DNA of 23,570 nucleotides from a virus (Duplodnaviria; Heunggongvirae; Uroviricota; Caudoviricetes): IMG/VR virus record IMGVR_UViG_2563366944_000005; one strand, 5' to 3'. Shown piece by piece: positions 20,792 to 23,570 of this stretch (position 1 is its first letter; each line of letters starts with the position of its first letter). The notes under the pieces were generated by a model. It saw only the letters and a program-made list of their open reading frames with translations, ran no database searches and was not told where the DNA came from. The position numbers and the translations under genes were made by a program.

Positions 20792-20820
20792 TTGACCGAT
20801 ATGTTAGTCATGGCTAATCT
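20792..20820 (+). promoter_or_regulatory. candidate dicB-operon promoter with overlapping operator
   Basis: TTGACC, 17 nt, TAATCT; the spacer holds a third TTAGtcatggCTAA palindrome (about 20804-20817). Confidence 0.5.
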
Positions 20821-20897
20821 TGTTTGCATCAACACACCGCACGGTGTTCTCAGCAAACAGTTCCGCTACCCCAGCGTTAAGGGGAAATGAGGTCAGC

Positions 20898-21053
20898 ATG
20901 GATACTATCGATCTTGGCAACAACGAATCTCTGGTGTACGGCGTGTTTCCAAACCAGGACGGCACGTTCACCGCAATGACGTATACCAAAAGCAAAACGT
21001 TTAAAACCGAAAATGGTGCCCGTCGCTGGCTGGAAAGAAACTCAGGTGAGTGA
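20898..21053 (+). CDS. ydfA: YdfA-like small protein (51 aa)
   Basis: Track ORF 20820..21053 trimmed to the ATG preceded by GAGG; MDTIDLGNNESLVYGVFPNQDGTFTAMTYTKSKTFKTENGARRWLERNSGE. Confidence 0.7.
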   Translation: MDTIDLGNNESLVYGVFPNQDGTFTAMTYTKSKTFKTENGARRWLERNSGE

Positions 21054-21054
21054 T

Positions 21055-21183
21055 ATGGATTTCGACACAATCATGGAAAAGGCTTACGAAGAATACTTCG
21101 AAGGCCTTGCCGAAGGCGAAGAAGCTCTCAGCTTCAGTGAGTTTAAACAGGCGCTTTCCAGTTCGGCAAAATCTAACGGCTGA
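21055..21183 (+). CDS. ydfB: YdfB-like small acidic protein (42 aa)
   Basis: Hand translation MDFDTIMEKAYEEYFEGLAEGEEALSFSEFKQALSSSAKSNG; start overlaps the ydfA stop; coordinates within 1 nt. Confidence 0.6.
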   Translation: MDFDTIMEKAYEEYFEGLAEGEEALSFSEFKQALSSSAKSNG

Positions 21184-21212
21184 TAAGCGAAACAGCACCG
21201 CGAGGAATCAGT

Positions 21213-21431
21213 ATGCAGAAACGAGAACCCGTCATCATCGCGCCAGACTATACCGATGATGAACTTTATGAGTGGATGCGCCAGAAAATTAATGCAGCGC
21301 AGGATCTGAAATGGGCTAATGAAGCCAGGGCTAAGCAGGCTGAAAATCTGTCCGCTCTGGAGCAGGATATCACCAATCTGGAAAAAGCAGCGGCATTAAG
21401 CATTGCCAGAATGATTACATACCCGCGTTAG
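21213..21431 (+). CDS. ydfC: YdfC-like protein (72 aa)
   Basis: Track ORF; AGGAAtcagtATG SD. Confidence 0.75.
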   Translation: MQKREPVIIAPDYTDDELYEWMRQKINAAQDLKWANEARAKQAENLSALEQDITNLEKAAALSIARMITYPR

Positions 21432-21771
21432 TAGCTAATCAACAAAGCTAAGGTTAGTAATTAAGGAGTTCTCCACGGGTGAGGTGGAGTGCGTGCGCCG
21501 GACACGGGTGCGCATCCGGAACTGACAGTTTACTGAAAGGATATTTCCCTGAAAAGTCAGACCATAACGCGAAAGCGCACGGCGAGGTAGCTGGTTCATA
21601 GATAGCCTGTCGTTAAATTTTCGTCGACCGTGCGCTTCCGGTTGTGGCAACCCGCGAAATGGCGCGGCGGTAAGTATGGCGGGGTTATTCCTTCCCCGTT
21701 GAGGACACCGGGTTGTCAGGTTGACCATACGCTTAAGTGACAACCCCGCTGCAACGCCCTCTGTTATCAAT

Positions 21772-21824
21772 TTTCTGGTGACGTTTGGCGGTATCAGTTT
21801 TACTCCGTGACTGCTCTGCCGCCC
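21772..21824 (+). ncRNA. dicF: DicF small regulatory RNA (53 nt) with 3' stem-loop and U-run
   Basis: tttctggtgacgtttggcggtatcagttttactccgtgactgctctgccgccc then TTTTT; matches recalled DicF; upstream of dicB. Confidence 0.85.
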
Positions 21825-21998
21825 TTTTTAAAGTGAATTTTGTGATGTGGTGAATGCGGCTGAGCGCACGCGGAACAGTTAAAACCAAAAACAGTGTTAT
21901 GGGTGGATTCTCTGTATCCGGCGTTAATTGTTAACTGGTTAACGTCACCTGGAGGCACCAGGCACTGCATCACAAAATTCATTGTTGAGGACGCGATA

Positions 21999-22187
21999 AT
22001 GAAAACGTTATTACCAAACGTTAATACGTCTGAAGGTTGTTTTGATATTGGTGTTCTTCTCAGTAACCGGGTGTTTACTGAAGATGCCATTAATATGAGG
22101 AAATATGAGCGTTATCTGTTCAATGATATTTGCATTGTTTCCCTGCTTGCTCTTTTTGGTCTTGTTCTTTTCGGATGTGGTCAATGA
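21999..22187 (+). CDS. dicB: cell-division inhibitor DicB (62 aa)
   Basis: Track ORF 21894..22187 trimmed to the ATG at 21999; MKTLLPNVNTSEGCFDIGVLLSNRVFTEDAINMRKYERYLFNDICIVSLLALFGLVLFGCGQ. Confidence 0.85.
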   Translation: MKTLLPNVNTSEGCFDIGVLLSNRVFTEDAINMRKYERYLFNDICIVSLLALFGLVLFGCGQ

Positions 22188-22345
22188 CTTCAGCATTTGT
22201 GCTTGTTCTGACGGTTTTTCTTGTTTCGGGTGAGTCAGTTGATGTTGTTGTCGGTGTTTATGGGAGTATGGAGTCGTGTCTGCCTGCAGGAGCCGAGCAG
22301 AAAATTTCTGGTGACTGTTTCCCGGTCGATAAAGTTTTTCTGTAG
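22175..22345 (+). CDS. ydfD: YdfD-like small hydrophobic protein (53-56 aa; start uncertain between 22175 and 22184)
   Basis: Track ORF 22130..22345 begins at TTG; ATG at 22184 overlaps the dicB stop (ATGA); hydrophobic N-terminus SAFVLVLTVFLV. Confidence 0.6.
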   Translation: MWSMTSAFVLVLTVFLVSGESVDVVVGVYGSMESCLPAGAEQKISGDCFPVDKVFL

Positions 22346-22412
22346 GTTAATATCGAAATCCCGGCTGGTTTTTCCTCCAGTTCTGTTATCACTATCCGGT
22401 TTGATTCTTATT

Positions 22413-22437
22413 TGCCGCCATTGGCGGGGTTTTTTTC
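22413..22437 (+). terminator. terminator-like hairpin with T7 run between ydfD and the ydfE-like gene (possible attenuator)
   Basis: GCCGCC-att-GGCGGgg followed by TTTTTTT. Confidence 0.4.
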
Positions 22438-22467
22438 CTCTTTAATTTTTTCTTGGGTTTAAACCAA

Positions 22468-23570
22468 ATGAGTAAGGTCTTTATTTGCGCTGCTATTCCT
22501 GATGAACTGGCCATAAGGGAAGATGGCGCTGTTGCTGTGGCCACTGCCATTGAAGCTGGTGATGAGCGTCGTGCTCGCGCAAAATTTCATTGGCAATTTC
22601 TGGAGCATTTTCCTGCTGCTCAGGACTGCGCTTATAAATTTATTGTCTGCGAGGATAAACCTGGCATACCCCGCCCTGCCCTCGATTCATGGGATGCTGA
22701 ATATATGCAGGAAAACCGCTGGGATGAGGAGTCTGCTTCTTTTGTCCCGGTTGAGACTGAATCCGATCCGATGAACGTCACTTTTGACAAGCTGGCCCCT
22801 GAAGTACAGAACGCTGTCATGGTTAAGTTCGACACATGTGAAAACATCACCGTTGATATGGTTATTAGCGCACAGGAATTGTTGCAGGAAGACATGGCAA
22901 CATTCGACGGACATATCGTTGAAGCGTTGATGAAAATGCCAGAAGTTAACGCCATGTATCCGGAGCTTAAGTTGCACGCCATTGGGTGGGTTAAGCATAA
23001 ATGTATTCCTGGTGCTAAATGGCCCGAAATTCAGGCAGAGATGCGCATCTGGAAAAAACGTCGCGAAGGTGAACGTAAGGAAACCGGAAAATACACGTCT
23101 GTTGTTGATCTCGCCCGCGCCAGAGCCAATCAACAGTACAGTGAAAATTCAACAGGAAAAATCAGCCCGGTCATTGCTGCCATTCATCGCGAATACAAGC
23201 AGACATGGAAAACACTGGATGACGAACTGGCCTACGCTCTCTGGCCTGGTGATGTGGATGCCGGAAACATTGACGGCAGCATCCATCGCTGGGCAAAAAA
23301 AGAAGTTATCGACAACGACCGCGAAGACTGGAAGCGTATCTCGGCATCAATGCGCAAACAGCCTGATGCCCTTCGCTACGACCGCCAAACTATTTTTGGC
23401 CTTGTCCGTGAGCGTCCGATCGACATTCACAAAGATCCCGTAGCACTGAACAAATATATCTGCGAATACCTGACGACAAAGGGCGTGTTTGAGAATGAAG
23501 AAACAGACCTGGGCACTGTTGATGTTCTCCAGTCATCAGAAACACAAACTGATGCAGTGGAAACTGAGGT
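22468..23570 (+). CDS. ydfE: ydfE-like protein, 5' portion (at least 367 codons, open to window end)
   Basis: Hand translation from the ATG at 22468: MSKVFICAAIPDELAIREDGAVAVATAIEAGDERRARAKFHWQFLEHF...; no stop before the window end; absent from the track because it is incomplete. Confidence 0.7.
   Translation, partial: MSKVFICAAIPDELAIREDGAVAVATAIEAGDERRARAKFHWQFLEHFPAAQDCAYKFIVCEDKPGIPRPALDSWDAEYMQENRWDEESASFVPVETESDPMNVTFDKLAPEVQNAVMVKFDTCENITVDMVISAQELLQEDMATFDGHIVEALMKMPEVNAMYPELKLHAIGWVKHKCIPGAKWPEIQAEMRIWKKRREGERKETGKYTSVVDLARARANQQYSENSTGKISPVIAAIHREYKQTWKTLDDELAYALWPGDVDAGNIDGSIHRWAKKEVIDNDREDWKRISASMRKQPDALRYDRQTIFGLVRERPIDIHKDPVALNKYICEYLTTKGVFENEETDLGTVDVLQSSETQTDAVETE

Noticed and set aside
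9120-21060. Apparent single-base frame disruptions in cspB (near 9120) and ydfA (near 21000)
   Set aside because: The track shows both ORFs intact, so the one-base differences are almost certainly my own misreading at line breaks, not real frameshifts.
21435-21770. 111-aa minus-strand ORF in the ydfC-DicF spacer
   Set aside because: Begins at TTG with no SD, runs antisense to the dicB operon transcript, and is Arg-rich as expected from translating GC-rich structured RNA.
22523-23443. Track ORFs inside the ydfE-like region (22523..22774 +, 22632..22982 -, 22687..23133 -, 22982..23443 +)
   Set aside because: A single continuous frame from the ATG at 22468 to the window end explains the region; these are alternative frames.

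Overview
This window reads as the reverse-complement view of a mosaic lambdoid prophage from an Escherichia coli-like genome; all identifications are from reading the sequence and recalled protein families, with no database search run. From left to right: (1) a packaging module that matches phage lambda almost base-for-base from memory (portal B partial, W, terminase A, Nu1) ending at an internal cos site; (2) a cargo cluster next to cos (ynfO-like, ydfO-like, gnsB-like, a small unknown ORF, cspI); (3) a lysis cassette of the phage-21 type (Rz/Rz1 spanins, SAR-type lysozyme, a 103-aa ydfR-like ORF, pinholin with dual start); (4) cold-shock paralogs cspB/cspF and a Q-type antiterminator (quuQ-like) with a candidate late promoter and terminator; (5) ydfU (DUF968, HNH-like C-terminus), rem, hokD, relBE, ydfV, flxA; (6) an insertion-sequence-like element with a 437-aa DDE transposase; (7) a decayed stretch with small or interrupted ORFs; (8) a replication module with origin-like iterons inside the O-like gene; (9) the dicC/dicA immunity switch and the dicB operon (ydfA, ydfB, ydfC, DicF sRNA, dicB, ydfD, ydfE-like partial). 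Overall it resembles the E. coli K-12 Qin prophage but with intact lambda-type packaging genes, an extra IS and a replication module. I found no large, obviously novel multi-gene system; the best candidates for undescribed biology are small: the ydfR-like ORF coupled into the lysis cassette, an orphan 59-aa membrane protein with a strong ribosome-binding site, a tiny SD-led ORF in a long cspB 3' region, and the structured spacer upstream of DicF. Coordinates taken from the ORF track are exact; those I derived by hand may be off by 1-2 nt, because my reading disagreed with the track by one base at two places (near 9120 and 21000). Several track ORFs begin at GTG or TTG, so some starts were moved to an internal ATG or GTG.
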